64,000 nt of DNA from Chloroflexi bacterium bin125 (GCA_002239025.1 MPNM01000008.1:47196-111195); one strand, 5' to 3'; shown: positions 24,966 to 35,629, counted from the stretch's first letter. Notes: generated by a model from the sequence alone, not told the origin. Program-made: numbers and translations.

Positions 24966-27788
24966 ATGCCGACCAACACTGCCGACTCTGACCAACAATC
25001 CCAGATGACGTCGCTCTCTCAGGATGCAGGAAACGATTCTTCGACGCCTAAGCGAATCGTCATCTTTGATGCGTATGCGCTGATTTTCCGCGCATATTTC
25101 GCGATGCAGCGGGCCAATCTGCAGACCAGGGCGGGTGAACCGACAGGCGCCGTGCGTGGATTTACCGCCACGATGCTCTACATCTTCAACACGCTGAACC
25201 CAACTCACGCCGCATTCGCGTTTGACGTCGATGACACCACCGTATTCCGGCGTGAGATCGATCCCAACTACAAGGCACACCGCGATCCGATGCCGGAAGA
25301 CCTGCCGTCGCAGATCCAGCGCTGCCGCGAGATCGCCGAGGCATTCTCTGTGCCCGTCTATGAGCAGCCCGGATTCGAAGCTGATGACGTGATCGGTACG
25401 CTCGCCGACCAGGCTGTCGAGGCTGGTTTCGACACCTGGATCTGCACGTTGGACAGCGATCTCCTGCAACTGGTCAACAGGGACATCTCGGTCTACCTCT
25501 ACAACCCGTTCAAGAGCGAGTACACCGCCTACGACAGCCCCGACGCTGTTCGTGGCCGCTACGAGGTCGACCCGATTCAGATCATCGATTTCAAGGCGCT
25601 CGTCGGCGACAAGTCGGACAACATCCCGGGGGTCAAGGGCGTCGGCAAGGTCGGCGCGGTCAAACTGCTGAGCGAGTTCGGCACGGTGGAGGGCATCTAC
25701 GACCACATCGACGATGTCAAGCCGGCTGGCACCCAGAAGAAGCTGATCGCCGACCGCGACAACGCCTTCATGAGCAAGGACCTCGCCACGATTCGCCACG
25801 ATGCGCCGGTGGCGCTTGATGTCGCCGCGGCCGATGTGACCGATTTCAGCCACGACGCCGTCCTGGCAAAGTTCGAGGAGCTTGAATTCCGCACGCTCGT
25901 CGACCAGATCCCGGGCGATGAAGGCGCTGCGGCTCCCAGTGTGCAGCAGCCGCCGTTCGACGACTACGACCTGGTGGCCGATGAAACCGCGCTGAGCGAG
26001 TGGGTCGTTCGCGCGATGAACGCAGAACTGCTCGCCGTCGACCTGGAGACCTCGTCCATTGACACGATCGATTGCGACATTGCGGGCTACGCGCTCTCCG
26101 ACAAGGCAGGCGCCGGTTGCTACATTCCGGTGGGCCATCAGACGGACGAGGCTCAGCTTGACCACGAAGTGGTCAAAGCGGCGTTGCGGCCGGTGCTTGA
26201 GAACTCGGCCGTACCCAAGTTGCTACATAACGCCAAGTTCGACATCAAAGTCCTGCGCCGCCATGGGATCTCCTTGCGCGGACTCCGCGACGACACCATG
26301 GTCGCCGCATTCCTGCTCAACAAGTCGCCGATCGGTCTGAAAGCGATGGCCCTCAACGAGCTGGGTATCGAAATGACGCCGATCGAGGACCTGATCGGCA
26401 AGGGACGCAAGCAAGTCTCGATGGTCGATGTGTCGGCCGCGGACGCAGGCAAGTATGCAGCCTCCGACGCTGATATCACGCTGCGGCTCGCCAATCTGCT
26501 GCTCCCACAGCTCGCAGAAAACGAGACCATGGAGAAGCTCTATCGAGAGCTTGAGTTGCCGCTAATCCCGATCCTCGTAGACATGGAACTGGCCGGCGTC
26601 ACGCTCGACACCGACATCCTGCTCGAACTCGATCAGCAGCTCAATAGCGAGATCGAGACGGTCACAACGCAAATCTTTGAGGATGCCCAGCACGAGTTCA
26701 ATATTGGCTCGCCCAAGCAACTCAGCGGCGTGCTCTTCGATCAACTCGGGTTGCCCAAGACTCGCAAGACCTCGCAGGGCTATTCGACCGACGCCCAGCA
26801 GATAGAGCGGCTCGTCGACGCGCATCCAATCGTCAATCACGTCCTGCAGTGGCGAGAACTGACCAAGCTGCGCAGCACATACGTGGAGTCCCTGCCCGAT
26901 GAAGTGCATGCGTCGACGGGACGTATTCACACCGACTACAACCAGACCGTCGCCGCCACCGGCAGGCTCTCATCCGAGTCGCCCAACCTGCAGAACATCC
27001 CCGTCCGCACCGAGCAAGGACGACAGATTCGTGCTGCATTCGTCGCGCGACCGTGGGACGAGTTGTCGGACACTGACAATGTCTGCTTCGTCTCGGCTGA
27101 CTATTCGCAAATCGAGCTGCGGGTGCTTGCCCATCTCTCCGAGGACGAGGGCCTGATTACGGCCTTCCGCGACGGCGAGGATATCCACGCAGCGACCGCG
27201 TCTGGCGCGTACGGAGTGTCGATTGATGATGTCCAGCCGGAAATGCGTCGCGTCGCCAAAATGATGAACTTCGGCGTGATCTACGGTCTGTCGGCGCATG
27301 GTCTGTCGCAACGGAGCGGGATGGAGCGTCGGGACGCCCAGGCCTTCATCGACGCGTACTTTGGCCGCTTCGAGCGCGTGCAAACGTGGATCGAAGAGAC
27401 CAAGGAGTCGACCAAGGAACTGGGCTACGCCGAAACCCTGCTGGGACGCCGCCGCTACTTGCCGGAAATCCGCTCGAACAACTTCCAACGGCGCAACGCC
27501 GCCGAGCGCATGGCCGTCAACATGCCCGTCCAGGGCACCGCCGCCGACGTGATGAAGCGGGCGATGATCGAAGTCGACGAGGCGCTCAGAGACCGAGAGT
27601 TGCAGTCGCGAATGCTGCTCCAGGTACACGATGAGTTGATCTTCGAAGTCCCGCAAGAAGAAGTCGACCAGTTGGCACAACTGCTGCGAGAAATCATGCC
27701 GGCGTCGCTCAACCTCATCGTGCCGTTGCAAATTGAAGTAAAGAGCGCCCTCAACTGGCGCGACCTGGAACCTATTGAAGTTGCCTGA
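24966..27788 (+). CDS. polA: DNA polymerase I
   Basis: 5'-3' exonuclease N-term ([16 protein letters not shown]), 3'-5' exo region, family A polymerase motifs ([28 protein letters not shown]); ATG 24966; ORF track frame open from 23739. Confidence 0.95.
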   Translation: MPTNTADSDQQSQMTSLSQDAGNDSSTPKRIVIFDAYALIFRAYFAMQRANLQTRAGEPTGAVRGFTATMLYIFNTLNPTHAAFAFDVDDTTVFRREIDPNYKAHRDPMPEDLPSQIQRCREIAEAFSVPVYEQPGFEADDVIGTLADQAVEAGFDTWICTLDSDLLQLVNRDISVYLYNPFKSEYTAYDSPDAVRGRYEVDPIQIIDFKALVGDKSDNIPGVKGVGKVGAVKLLSEFGTVEGIYDHIDDVKPAGTQKKLIADRDNAFMSKDLATIRHDAPVALDVAAADVTDFSHDAVLAKFEELEFRTLVDQIPGDEGAAAPSVQQPPFDDYDLVADETALSEWVVRAMNAELLAVDLETSSIDTIDCDIAGYALSDKAGAGCYIPVGHQTDEAQLDHEVVKAALRPVLENSAVPKLLHNAKFDIKVLRRHGISLRGLRDDTMVAAFLLNKSPIGLKAMALNELGIEMTPIEDLIGKGRKQVSMVDVSAADAGKYAASDADITLRLANLLLPQLAENETMEKLYRELELPLIPILVDMELAGVTLDTDILLELDQQLNSEIETVTTQIFEDAQHEFNIGSPKQLSGVLFDQLGLPKTRKTSQGYSTDAQQIERLVDAHPIVNHVLQWRELTKLRSTYVESLPDEVHASTGRIHTDYNQTVAATGRLSSESPNLQNIPVRTEQGRQIRAAFVARPWDELSDTDNVCFVSADYSQIELRVLAHLSEDEGLITAFRDGEDIHAATASGAYGVSIDDVQPEMRRVAKMMNFGVIYGLSAHGLSQRSGMERRDAQAFIDAYFGRFERVQTWIEETKESTKELGYAETLLGRRRYLPEIRSNNFQRRNAAERMAVNMPVQGTAADVMKRAMIEVDEALRDRELQSRMLLQVHDELIFEVPQEEVDQLAQLLREIMPASLNLIVPLQIEVKSALNWRDLEPIEVA

Positions 27789-27815
27789 AAAGTGAAAGTC
27801 ATTTGCGACGTGCCC

Positions 27816-28050
27816 GTTCCCAAGATTTCCAGTCCCCGCTCTACGGAGACCTTTGAAAGCTCCCCTTCTCCCCCCTTGCGGGGGAGATGCCGAAGGCAGA
27901 GGGGGGTCCGCTGTTTCGGGATCCCTATCTGGCCATCAACCGCCGCCCCCCCTCTGTCACTCCGTGACATCTCCCCCCGCAAGGGGGGGAGAGGGGATTC
28001 GGGAGTTCTTCGAGGGTCTTTGTATAGCGGGGACTGGGGAATGCGGTGTC
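27816..28050. mobile_element. Family A MITE-like element, full copy with ~40-bp terminal inverted repeats
   Basis: Left end GTTCCCAAGATTTCCAGTCCCCGCTCTACGGAGACCTTTGAA, right end its reverse complement (TTCGAGGGTCTTTGTATAGCGGGGACTGGGGAATGCG); core shared with 19325-19490 and 45308-45527. Confidence 0.8.
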
Positions 28051-28101
28051 AGGTAAGCCTGCCGTGGGCAGGGACGGATAACTGAACGGAAGGTCCGCTT
28101 C

Positions 28102-28953
28102 ATGTTTCGCACCATCGGTAACACCTGGCAGATCACAAAGCTCTCCTGGAAGGTGCTGCAACTCGACCGCGAACTGATCTTCTTTCCGATCATGGGCACG
28201 ATTGGCGCTCTCATCGTTGGAGTGATTGCCGCCGGAGTGTTCGCCGGGACCGGCACCTTCGACCGCCTTGGCGGCGGTGAGGCCGAGTTCAACATCGTCG
28301 ATCTGATCATCACCCTGGCCGCCTACTTCGGCGGTCTGTACATGGTCATCTTTTGCAACGCAGCGCTGATTGCGGCTGCTCGCGAGCGGCTTGAAGGTGG
28401 CGATCCTAACGTCATGTCCGGCATCCGTGCGGTGCGCGGGATGTGGCTGGCGATTCTTGGCTGGACGATCATCACCGGAACCGTCGGACTCATTCTGCAG
28501 GCGTTGCAGAGCATGGCTCGCGAGAACAGCCATGGGGTCATGCGCATCGTCGCGATCATTCTGGTTGCCCTGCTACAGACCGCCTGGGCCTACCTCACCT
28601 TCTTCGTGATTCCCATTCTCGTGGTGGAACGGGTCGGACCAATCACCGCCATCCGCCATTCCGGCAGTCTGCTGCGACGCACCTGGGGCGAGCAACTGAC
28701 GGCCAGCTTCTCGTTCTTCATCATCTATCTGATCGCGGCGCTGATCGTTGCCATTCCGGTGGTAATCCTCGTCTTCATCGCGCCGGTGGCAGCGATCATC
28801 GTCGGTGTAATCCTCGGCGGGATCGCGCTGGCCTCGGTCGCGGCAATGGAGGGCATCTTCAAGGCGGCGCTCTACGAATGGATCTCCGAGGGCAAGGGCA
28901 GCGAGTGGTTCGACCGACAGCTCCTGACCGACGCCTACATGCATCGCAACTAG
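28102..28953 (+). CDS. Hypothetical polytopic membrane protein (about 6 TM, DUF-like)
   Basis: 283 aa, alternating hydrophobic segments; no catalytic motif recognised. Confidence 0.6.
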   Translation: MFRTIGNTWQITKLSWKVLQLDRELIFFPIMGTIGALIVGVIAAGVFAGTGTFDRLGGGEAEFNIVDLIITLAAYFGGLYMVIFCNAALIAAARERLEGGDPNVMSGIRAVRGMWLAILGWTIITGTVGLILQALQSMARENSHGVMRIVAIILVALLQTAWAYLTFFVIPILVVERVGPITAIRHSGSLLRRTWGEQLTASFSFFIIYLIAALIVAIPVVILVFIAPVAAIIVGVILGGIALASVAAMEGIFKAALYEWISEGKGSEWFDRQLLTDAYMHRN

Positions 28954-28962
28954 CGCCCAGCC

Positions 28963-29826
28963 ATGCCCGAGCTGCCAGAGGTCGAAACCGTCCGGCGTCA
29001 GCTTCAACCGCTGATCGCCGGGCGGCGTATCACGCGATTCACTGTGATGCCCGGCGCCGAGCGACTGCTGCGGGGACGTTCCACCTCGGAGATCAATGCG
29101 CAGCTCATCGGCTGCGCATTCACGACGGTCGGCCGCCGAGGCAAGTACCTCGCACTTCACCTCGATAACGACCAGGTCGTCGTCGTGCATCTGCGCATGA
29201 CCGGATCATTGCGCTTCCGGACATCGGACCACGAAGAGGAATCATTCACCCGCGCGGTCTTCGATCTCGATGGTGGCGATCAGCTCCGATTCGTCGACGT
29301 ACGCAAGTTCGGCACCATCGATTTCGTCGACCAACTCTCCGAGGCGCTGCCCGAACTTGGTCCGGAGCCACTCTCTGACCACTTCACACCTGAAGCGCTC
29401 TGGTACGCGCTGCGAGGCAGGCAGCAACCGCTCAAGGCCGCGTTGCTCGACCAGCGCAACATCGCCGGAATCGGCAACATCTACGCCGACGAGGCGCTGT
29501 TCCTGGCTCGGTTGAATCCCGAAGCGCCAGCCGGCTCGCTGCGTCCCCCAGAGCGCCGATTGCTACACGCGACAATCAGGCAAGTGCTTGAGGACGGAGT
29601 CCGTCACGGCGGAGCATCCTTCCGCGATTACACCGATGTCGACGGCTCCGAAGGCGAGCAACAGTACTTCGTCCGGGTCTTCCGACGAACCGACGAGCCA
29701 TGCGACGAATGCGGTACGACGATTCGCCGCATCGTGGTGGGCGGACGAGCCACGCACTTCTGTCCAAAGTGCCAACCGGTGCGTCAACGGACGCGAATGG
29801 TCAAGTCGACTCGGCCGAAGCAATAG
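28963..29826 (+). CDS. mutM: Formamidopyrimidine-DNA glycosylase
   Basis: MPELPEVETVRRQL N-terminal catalytic Pro; C-terminal zinc finger CDECGTTIRRIVVGGRATHFCPKCQ. Confidence 0.95.
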   Translation: MPELPEVETVRRQLQPLIAGRRITRFTVMPGAERLLRGRSTSEINAQLIGCAFTTVGRRGKYLALHLDNDQVVVVHLRMTGSLRFRTSDHEEESFTRAVFDLDGGDQLRFVDVRKFGTIDFVDQLSEALPELGPEPLSDHFTPEALWYALRGRQQPLKAALLDQRNIAGIGNIYADEALFLARLNPEAPAGSLRPPERRLLHATIRQVLEDGVRHGGASFRDYTDVDGSEGEQQYFVRVFRRTDEPCDECGTTIRRIVVGGRATHFCPKCQPVRQRTRMVKSTRPKQ

Positions 29827-29850
29827 AATGAACCACAGAGGATTCAGCGC

Positions 29851-30219
29851 ATGGTGACCGAAACGCAAACCGACCCTCCCGTTCCGGAATCGGCATACAC
29901 GGACTACGAGCAGGATCTGGTGAACGAGGGTGTACCGCCGCCGCAGGCCCGAGCTACCCGTCGAGCACTTGAGCGCATTGTCGATCGCCTCATGCTCTCC
30001 TTGGCAACCAAGTCTGACCTGCGCGAACTCAGGACCGAACTCAGGACCGAGTTACGCGAGCTGAGAACCGACCACGGAGGGCAGCTCCGGCAACTGCTAC
30101 AGGACGTAGCGGCGCTGAAGGCGGAAATGAAGCTTCTGAAGTGGATGTTCGCGCTGGGCGGTTCAGCCGTCATCGGTCTGATGAGCGCTGTGCTGGTCGT
30201 GCTGTTGACCAGGCTTTAG
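29851..30219 (+). CDS. Hypothetical coiled-coil protein with C-terminal TM anchor
   Basis: LRELRTELRTELRELRTD heptad-like repeats then hydrophobic MFALGGSAVIGLMSAVLVVLL. Confidence 0.5.
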   Translation: MVTETQTDPPVPESAYTDYEQDLVNEGVPPPQARATRRALERIVDRLMLSLATKSDLRELRTELRTELRELRTDHGGQLRQLLQDVAALKAEMKLLKWMFALGGSAVIGLMSAVLVVLLTRL

Positions 30220-30268
30220 GGCGTCGTCACCTTCCATCCTTCGTGGGGAGCGGTACCCTCAAGCGGAC

Positions 30269-31213
30269 ATGACCTCGCGACAACCCTCCGAACCACATCC
30301 GCGCCAGCCCTATCAGGCTGACGCCGACGACCGACATGACGTCGCGATCGCGACCTGCGAGGACTGCGGCGACAACTTTGATCTCGCCAACTCCGACCCG
30401 CGCACCCGAGTCTGTGCTCCATGTTGGGATCGCTCGCTCGAAGCGGTTGAGACCGCTTTCCTCGACAACTACGCCAAGTTCGGCGCCAAGGCGCATCGCA
30501 CCGTTGCTGAAGCGCTGTTCCGTTCACAGGCGCTCGCCGATCCCGACGACCGCAAGGTGATCGGTATGCGCATCGTTGAGGAGTACCTCAACGCAGCGCA
30601 GGAACTGATGGCACTTTACGTCGCCCTGCGACGACGACACGAGCAGCCCCTGCTGACCACATTCACCAACTTCGAGCTCAACGCGCCTTCCGTCGCGGCA
30701 TTCCGCATCCTGACCACTGGCCGTACCTCCGACGAGCTGATGCGCGACCTCCAGTTGCCAACCCTGGCCGATGTCGAAGCCGCCCGCGGCGAAATCCCGC
30801 GCAAGGACTGGCGACAGTTCGCGGGAGCCGTGACCGCCGTCGCCGATGGCATTGGACGTGTACAGAAGGTCGACCAGGGCGTGTTGCTCGAACTCGCCGA
30901 CGGACTGCGTCAATCCTCGGCACTGACGCACAAGCTTGAGTGGTTGCCCGATCGCGTTATGAATCCCGATCAGGTGGCGCTCGTAGTGCTCAACCAACGC
31001 CGGCGAGTGCTAATGACGCACGCGCTGGCCATCCATGAGCCCCAGCTTGAGGTCTTCATTGACGCGATCGACAAGATTACGGCTGCATCCCGCGACCTGA
31101 TCTGGTTGTATCTTCACGTCCGCGACACTCTCGCATTGGAAGAGCAGCAAACCGATACCGCTTCGGGCCCACAACGAGGCCCACAGCAAGGTCAGAAATG
31201 GGGCAGAGCATGA
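30269..31213 (+). CDS. Hypothetical protein with N-terminal CxxC-N-CxxC zinc-ribbon-like motif
   Basis: CEDCGDNFDLANSDPRTRVCAPCWD followed by about 270 aa predicted helical region; no family recognised. Confidence 0.5.
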   Translation: MTSRQPSEPHPRQPYQADADDRHDVAIATCEDCGDNFDLANSDPRTRVCAPCWDRSLEAVETAFLDNYAKFGAKAHRTVAEALFRSQALADPDDRKVIGMRIVEEYLNAAQELMALYVALRRRHEQPLLTTFTNFELNAPSVAAFRILTTGRTSDELMRDLQLPTLADVEAARGEIPRKDWRQFAGAVTAVADGIGRVQKVDQGVLLELADGLRQSSALTHKLEWLPDRVMNPDQVALVVLNQRRRVLMTHALAIHEPQLEVFIDAIDKITAASRDLIWLYLHVRDTLALEEQQTDTASGPQRGPQQGQKWGRA

Positions 31214-31998
31214 GCCATTCTCCGTTTTCTCTCGATGGTCAGGTGGTGTTGGTTTCAGGCGCAGGACGAGGCATCGGTCGAGCAGCTGCCGAACTAATTG
31301 CCCAGATGGGCGCCAAGGTCGCGATCACGTCCAGAACCATGACGCAAGTGGAAGAAGTCGCGGAAGGCATTCGCAACGACGGCGGAAAAGCCTGGGCATT
31401 CAGAGCCGATGTCGCCGCGATCGAGGATCACGAATCCTTGCTGGACGACGTCGAAGACACCATTGGTCCCTTGACCGGCCTGGTCAACGTGGCTGGCATC
31501 TCACCGATCCTGCAGCGCGGCGAACGGATCACGCCCGAGGACTACGACCAGATCCAGAACATCAACCAGCGCGGCACCTTCTTTCTCACCCGCAACTTCG
31601 CAGCGCGGCTGATCGACGCCGAGCGCGGAGGCTCGGTGGTCACCATCTCCAGCGTCGGCGCAGAGTACGGACTGCCGCGACAATCCGCCTACGCGATGAC
31701 CCGCGCTGCGGTCGAAGCCATGACTCGCACATTCGCCGCCGAATGGGCCCATTCGCTGCAGGAGCCAATTCGCGCCAATTGCGTCGCGCCGGCATTTATC
31801 GACACGCCGCTGACCGAGCCGATGCCCGGCTGGTACCGGCAGCGCGTCGAATCCCACACCGCGATGCGTCGTCTGGGAGCAGACGACGAGGTCGCCGGCG
31901 CGGTCGCCTTCCTGCTCTCCGACGCAGCCAGTTACATCACGGGGACGGTCGTACCGGTCACCGGCGGCTACGGACTCTGGTCGCTCGATCCACGCTGA
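31198..31998 (+). CDS. SDR-family NAD(P)-dependent oxidoreductase
   Basis: VVLVSGAGRGIGRAAA Rossmann motif, NVAGI, downstream YxxxK; alternative start ATG 31210 forms an ATGA overlap with upstream stop. Confidence 0.85.
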   Translation: MGQSMSHSPFSLDGQVVLVSGAGRGIGRAAAELIAQMGAKVAITSRTMTQVEEVAEGIRNDGGKAWAFRADVAAIEDHESLLDDVEDTIGPLTGLVNVAGISPILQRGERITPEDYDQIQNINQRGTFFLTRNFAARLIDAERGGSVVTISSVGAEYGLPRQSAYAMTRAAVEAMTRTFAAEWAHSLQEPIRANCVAPAFIDTPLTEPMPGWYRQRVESHTAMRRLGADDEVAGAVAFLLSDAASYITGTVVPVTGGYGLWSLDPR

Positions 31999-32030
31999 CA
32001 GACACCTTGGAAGGCTGGAAGGCCAACGTC

Positions 32031-32951
32031 ATGTCGTACCTCGCTGCCGCTGTCCAACGCGCGCCCGGACTGACACTGGAGCACGGCGTCGAGAAGGCCA
32101 TTGCTTCGATTGAAGAAGCAGCGAGAGAGGGCGCAAGCCTGATCGTCTTTCCCGAGACCTGGATCCCCTCTTACCCCTATTACCACTCACGCGCCGCCGA
32201 CCGACAGGCCTTCGCCGCCAGCTATCAACACACGTTCCAGAACAGCATTGCCATCCCTGGACCTGAGTGGGATCAGATTGCTCAAGCTGCAGCCGTTGCC
32301 GAGGCGCATGTCGTAATCGGCGTGAACGAGCGCGAACCTCACGCCGGAACGATTTACAACACGCTGGCCTACATCGGTCCCGACGGTGCGCTGCTGGGCA
32401 AACACCGCAAGCTGGTCCCGACCCTGTCCGAGCGACTGGTCTGGGGCTACGGCGACGGCTCCGACCTCGACGTCTACGACACATCGGTGGGACGCCTTGG
32501 CGGTCTGATCTGCTACGAGCACCAGATGGCGCCGGCTCGCTACGCGCTCTCAACGCTCGGCATCCAGGTCCATGCGTCGGTCTGGCCGGGCTGGGATCAA
32601 CTGCATCCCGTGATCGACGCTGCGACGCGTCATCTCGCTTACGAGAACGCCTGCTACGTGGTCGTCGCACGCGAGACGATGTCGCCCGACCTCCTGCCGA
32701 CCGGCACGCCGTTCGGAGAGGAACCCTTCTGGCACGCATCGGGCGGTTCCGCGATCATCGCACCGGGCGGCAAGTACCTCGTCGAACCGGTGACGGACAC
32801 GGAAACGATCATCTACGCAGAGATCGACCTCGAAGACACGATCGAATCCAAACGCTGGGTCGATTCGGCTGGACACTACGCGCGTCCGGATGTGTTCCAA
32901 CTGCACTGGAATCGCAAGCCCAAGCCGCCGCTTGTGATCGACGATGAGTAG
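32031..32951 (+). CDS. Carbon-nitrogen hydrolase (nitrilase/amidase superfamily)
   Basis: IVFPETWIPSYPYY, GGLICYEH (catalytic Cys context), E-K-C triad region; ATG 32031; ORF track frame open from 31743. Confidence 0.8.
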   Translation: MSYLAAAVQRAPGLTLEHGVEKAIASIEEAAREGASLIVFPETWIPSYPYYHSRAADRQAFAASYQHTFQNSIAIPGPEWDQIAQAAAVAEAHVVIGVNEREPHAGTIYNTLAYIGPDGALLGKHRKLVPTLSERLVWGYGDGSDLDVYDTSVGRLGGLICYEHQMAPARYALSTLGIQVHASVWPGWDQLHPVIDAATRHLAYENACYVVVARETMSPDLLPTGTPFGEEPFWHASGGSAIIAPGGKYLVEPVTDTETIIYAEIDLEDTIESKRWVDSAGHYARPDVFQLHWNRKPKPPLVIDDE

Positions 32952-32957
32952 ATTCCG

Positions 32958-34007
32958 ATGACATCGGCTGGTCCTCACGACGCCATCACGGATGTGCCGG
33001 GGATCGAGGTTGGCCACTTCACCGACCGCGACAACGCCACCGGCTGCACCGTCGTGATTGCCCGTGACGGCGCGCGCCCAGGCGTCTTTCAGCCCGGCGG
33101 AGCGCCGGGAACGCTCGACACCGATCTCGCCGTCGCCGAGAACGCCATCCAGGATGTCCACGCGGTGCTGCTGACCGGCGGAAGTGTGTTCGGACTTGAA
33201 GCGGCAGCGGGTATTCGCCGCTACCTCCAGGAACAGGACGTCGGACTGCCGCTGATGCCCGACAATCCGCCGCTGCCGATCGTCATGGGGGCCGTCGTCT
33301 TCGATCTCCCGATCGGGAACTACTCCCACCCCACGATTGACAGCGGCTACGAAGCCGCAGCCAACGCTACAAGCGAGGCAGTCGCACAAGGAACAGTTGG
33401 CGTCGGGACCGGTTGTACCGTCGCCAAGTGCGGCCAACCAAACACGTCGCTCAAGGGAGGCGTCGGAACCGCATCGCTGGTCCACGAGTCCGGCCTCGCC
33501 GTCGGAGCGTTGGTCGCGACGAATTCCGTCGGCGACATCGTCGATCCAAACACCGGAGCGCTCGTCGCCGGTCCTCGAGGCGAACAACAAGGCGAGATGC
33601 AACGCTCGTCGCAGGCTCTGCTCAACAGATCCACGGAAGAGTTTGAAGCGCTCCTCCAGGTCCGCGCGCCCGCGCCCAGCGAAGACGCCGGGGCGAACAC
33701 CACGCTCTGCGTGATCGCAACGAACGCCAGGCTGCACAAGGGCACCGCCAGGCGCATCTCGATCATGGGCTCAGCCGGCCTCGCCCGGACAATCAGCCCC
33801 GTCTTCACCCCAGGAGACGGCGACACGGTCTTCACTCTGTCTACCGGCGACATCGATGTAACCAGTATCCCCACCCTGCTCACACTCACTGGAACCATGG
33901 CCGCCGAGGCGGTCGCTCGAGCAACGCTGCGCAGCGTTGCTGAAGCGACATCACTTGCCGATGTCCCCTCAGCCGCTGAGTGGCAGAGTCCGTCGCCTGC
34001 CTGCTGA
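32958..34007 (+). CDS. DmpA/S58-family (P1) L-aminopeptidase/D-esterase
   Basis: ITDVPGIEVGHFTD...TGCTVVI...NSVGDIV pattern typical of DmpA/ArgJ-like Ntn hydrolases. Confidence 0.7.
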   Translation: MTSAGPHDAITDVPGIEVGHFTDRDNATGCTVVIARDGARPGVFQPGGAPGTLDTDLAVAENAIQDVHAVLLTGGSVFGLEAAAGIRRYLQEQDVGLPLMPDNPPLPIVMGAVVFDLPIGNYSHPTIDSGYEAAANATSEAVAQGTVGVGTGCTVAKCGQPNTSLKGGVGTASLVHESGLAVGALVATNSVGDIVDPNTGALVAGPRGEQQGEMQRSSQALLNRSTEEFEALLQVRAPAPSEDAGANTTLCVIATNARLHKGTARRISIMGSAGLARTISPVFTPGDGDTVFTLSTGDIDVTSIPTLLTLTGTMAAEAVARATLRSVAEATSLADVPSAAEWQSPSPAC

Positions 34008-34019
34008 TACGCTCCCGCC

Positions 34020-34832
34020 ATGACTCAACGACCTCTGATTCTGGCAACCAACGACGACGGCATTGAAGCTCCCGGCCTCTGGCATCTGGCCGAGGCGGTG
34101 TCGCACTTCGCCGATGTGATCATCGTCGCGCCCGCATTCAACCAATCCGCCATGTCAGCCGCGGTCACGCTCAGGCGCGACCTCGAGTCCGAGCGAGCCT
34201 ATTCGCGACTGCCCGGCGTTGACGCCTGGCAGGTCAACGGCACGCCGACCGACGCCGTTGTCCATGGACTCCGTCACTTCGCTCCTCGCCACGTCGACAT
34301 GGTCGTCTCCGGCGTCAATCCCGGACCGAATGTCGGGCGCGAGATCCTGCACTCCGGTACGGTCATGGCCGCGATGCAGGGATACCTGCGCGGCTTGCCC
34401 AGTGTCGCCGCATCATTGTCGTCGTTCGATGATGATCACTTGCTCGATGCGGCCATCGTTGCCGGACGCATCGCCGAACGATTGCTAGCTAGCGGACAAC
34501 ATCACTTGCTCAACGTGAACGTGCCAGACTTGGATATCTCCGAGTATCAGGGCGTTCGTGTAGCAGCGATGGCGGACATGGCCGTGTCGCGAGTCGTCGA
34601 CATCACCGGCGAGCACGGCTCCACCCGCCGTAAACTGGAGTTTCTGCCCGACGTCGACGTGGTCCCCGATACCGATGTCGCCGCGATCATGGACGGCGCC
34701 GTCGCTGTCACGCCGCTGCACAACGATTTCACCTTGTACAGCGCACTCTCCGACACCTCGACGCTGATCGGCGATCGCGATTCCCTGACCACCGAACGTG
34801 CGGATGCCCGCGCTGACAGCGATGTAAACTGA
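34020..34832 (+). CDS. surE: 5'/3'-nucleotidase SurE
   Basis: ILATNDDGIEAPGL ... GVNPGPNVG motifs. Confidence 0.9.
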   Translation: MTQRPLILATNDDGIEAPGLWHLAEAVSHFADVIIVAPAFNQSAMSAAVTLRRDLESERAYSRLPGVDAWQVNGTPTDAVVHGLRHFAPRHVDMVVSGVNPGPNVGREILHSGTVMAAMQGYLRGLPSVAASLSSFDDDHLLDAAIVAGRIAERLLASGQHHLLNVNVPDLDISEYQGVRVAAMADMAVSRVVDITGEHGSTRRKLEFLPDVDVVPDTDVAAIMDGAVAVTPLHNDFTLYSALSDTSTLIGDRDSLTTERADARADSDVN

Positions 34833-34873
34833 GTGCTCCGACCTCAGCCACTTGACCGCACAGGAGTTCGAGT

Positions 34874-35620
34874 ATGGCCGGCCATTCCAAATGGGCGCAA
34901 ATCAAGCGCAAGAAAGGCGTCACTGACGCCAAGCGCGGCCAGCTCTTCACCAAGCTCGGACGCGAAATCTCCGTCGCCGCGCGCGCTGGCGGGCCGAAGC
35001 TGGAAGAAAACTCGGCCTTGCGACTGGCAGTCGAGCGCGCTCGCGGCTCGAACATGCCCAATGTCAACATCCAACGCGCCATCGACCGCGCGACCGGAGG
35101 CGCCGACGGCGCGCAGCTTGAGGAGATCCGCTACGAAGCCTATGGACCGGGCGGTGCGGCTCTGCTGATTGACTCATTGACTGACAACCGTAATCGCACC
35201 GTCTCCGAGGTTCGTGCCACGCTAACCCGCGCCGGCACGAGCATGGCCGAGGCCGGTGCGGTCGCTTGGCTGTTCGAACAGAAGGGCGTAATCGCCGTCG
35301 ACGTTGAGCAATCCGGAGACGCCGACGACATCATGCTGGCTGCTATCGACGGCGGCGCGGAGGATGTCGAGATCGACGAGGGCCTGGTCGAAGTGATTAC
35401 TGCGCCGTCTGATCTCGAATCTGCACGCAATGCCGTCGAGGAGGCTGGCGCGCCGATTGCATCGGCGGAGGTCGTTATGCGCGCCACCAACATGGTGCCG
35501 GTCGACACCGATCAAGCAGCCAGGCTGCTTCGGCTGATTGACTCGCTCGAAGACCTGGACGATGTCCAACGCGTGTTTACGAACGCTGACTTCCCCGACG
35601 CAGCCCTGGTTGAGGCGTAG
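34874..35620 (+). CDS. yebC: YebC/PmpR-family transcriptional regulator
   Basis: MAGHSKWAQIKRKKGVTDAKRGQLFTKL. Confidence 0.95.
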   Translation: MAGHSKWAQIKRKKGVTDAKRGQLFTKLGREISVAARAGGPKLEENSALRLAVERARGSNMPNVNIQRAIDRATGGADGAQLEEIRYEAYGPGGAALLIDSLTDNRNRTVSEVRATLTRAGTSMAEAGAVAWLFEQKGVIAVDVEQSGDADDIMLAAIDGGAEDVEIDEGLVEVITAPSDLESARNAVEEAGAPIASAEVVMRATNMVPVDTDQAARLLRLIDSLEDLDDVQRVFTNADFPDAALVEA

Positions 35621-35629
35621 ACTCCACAC

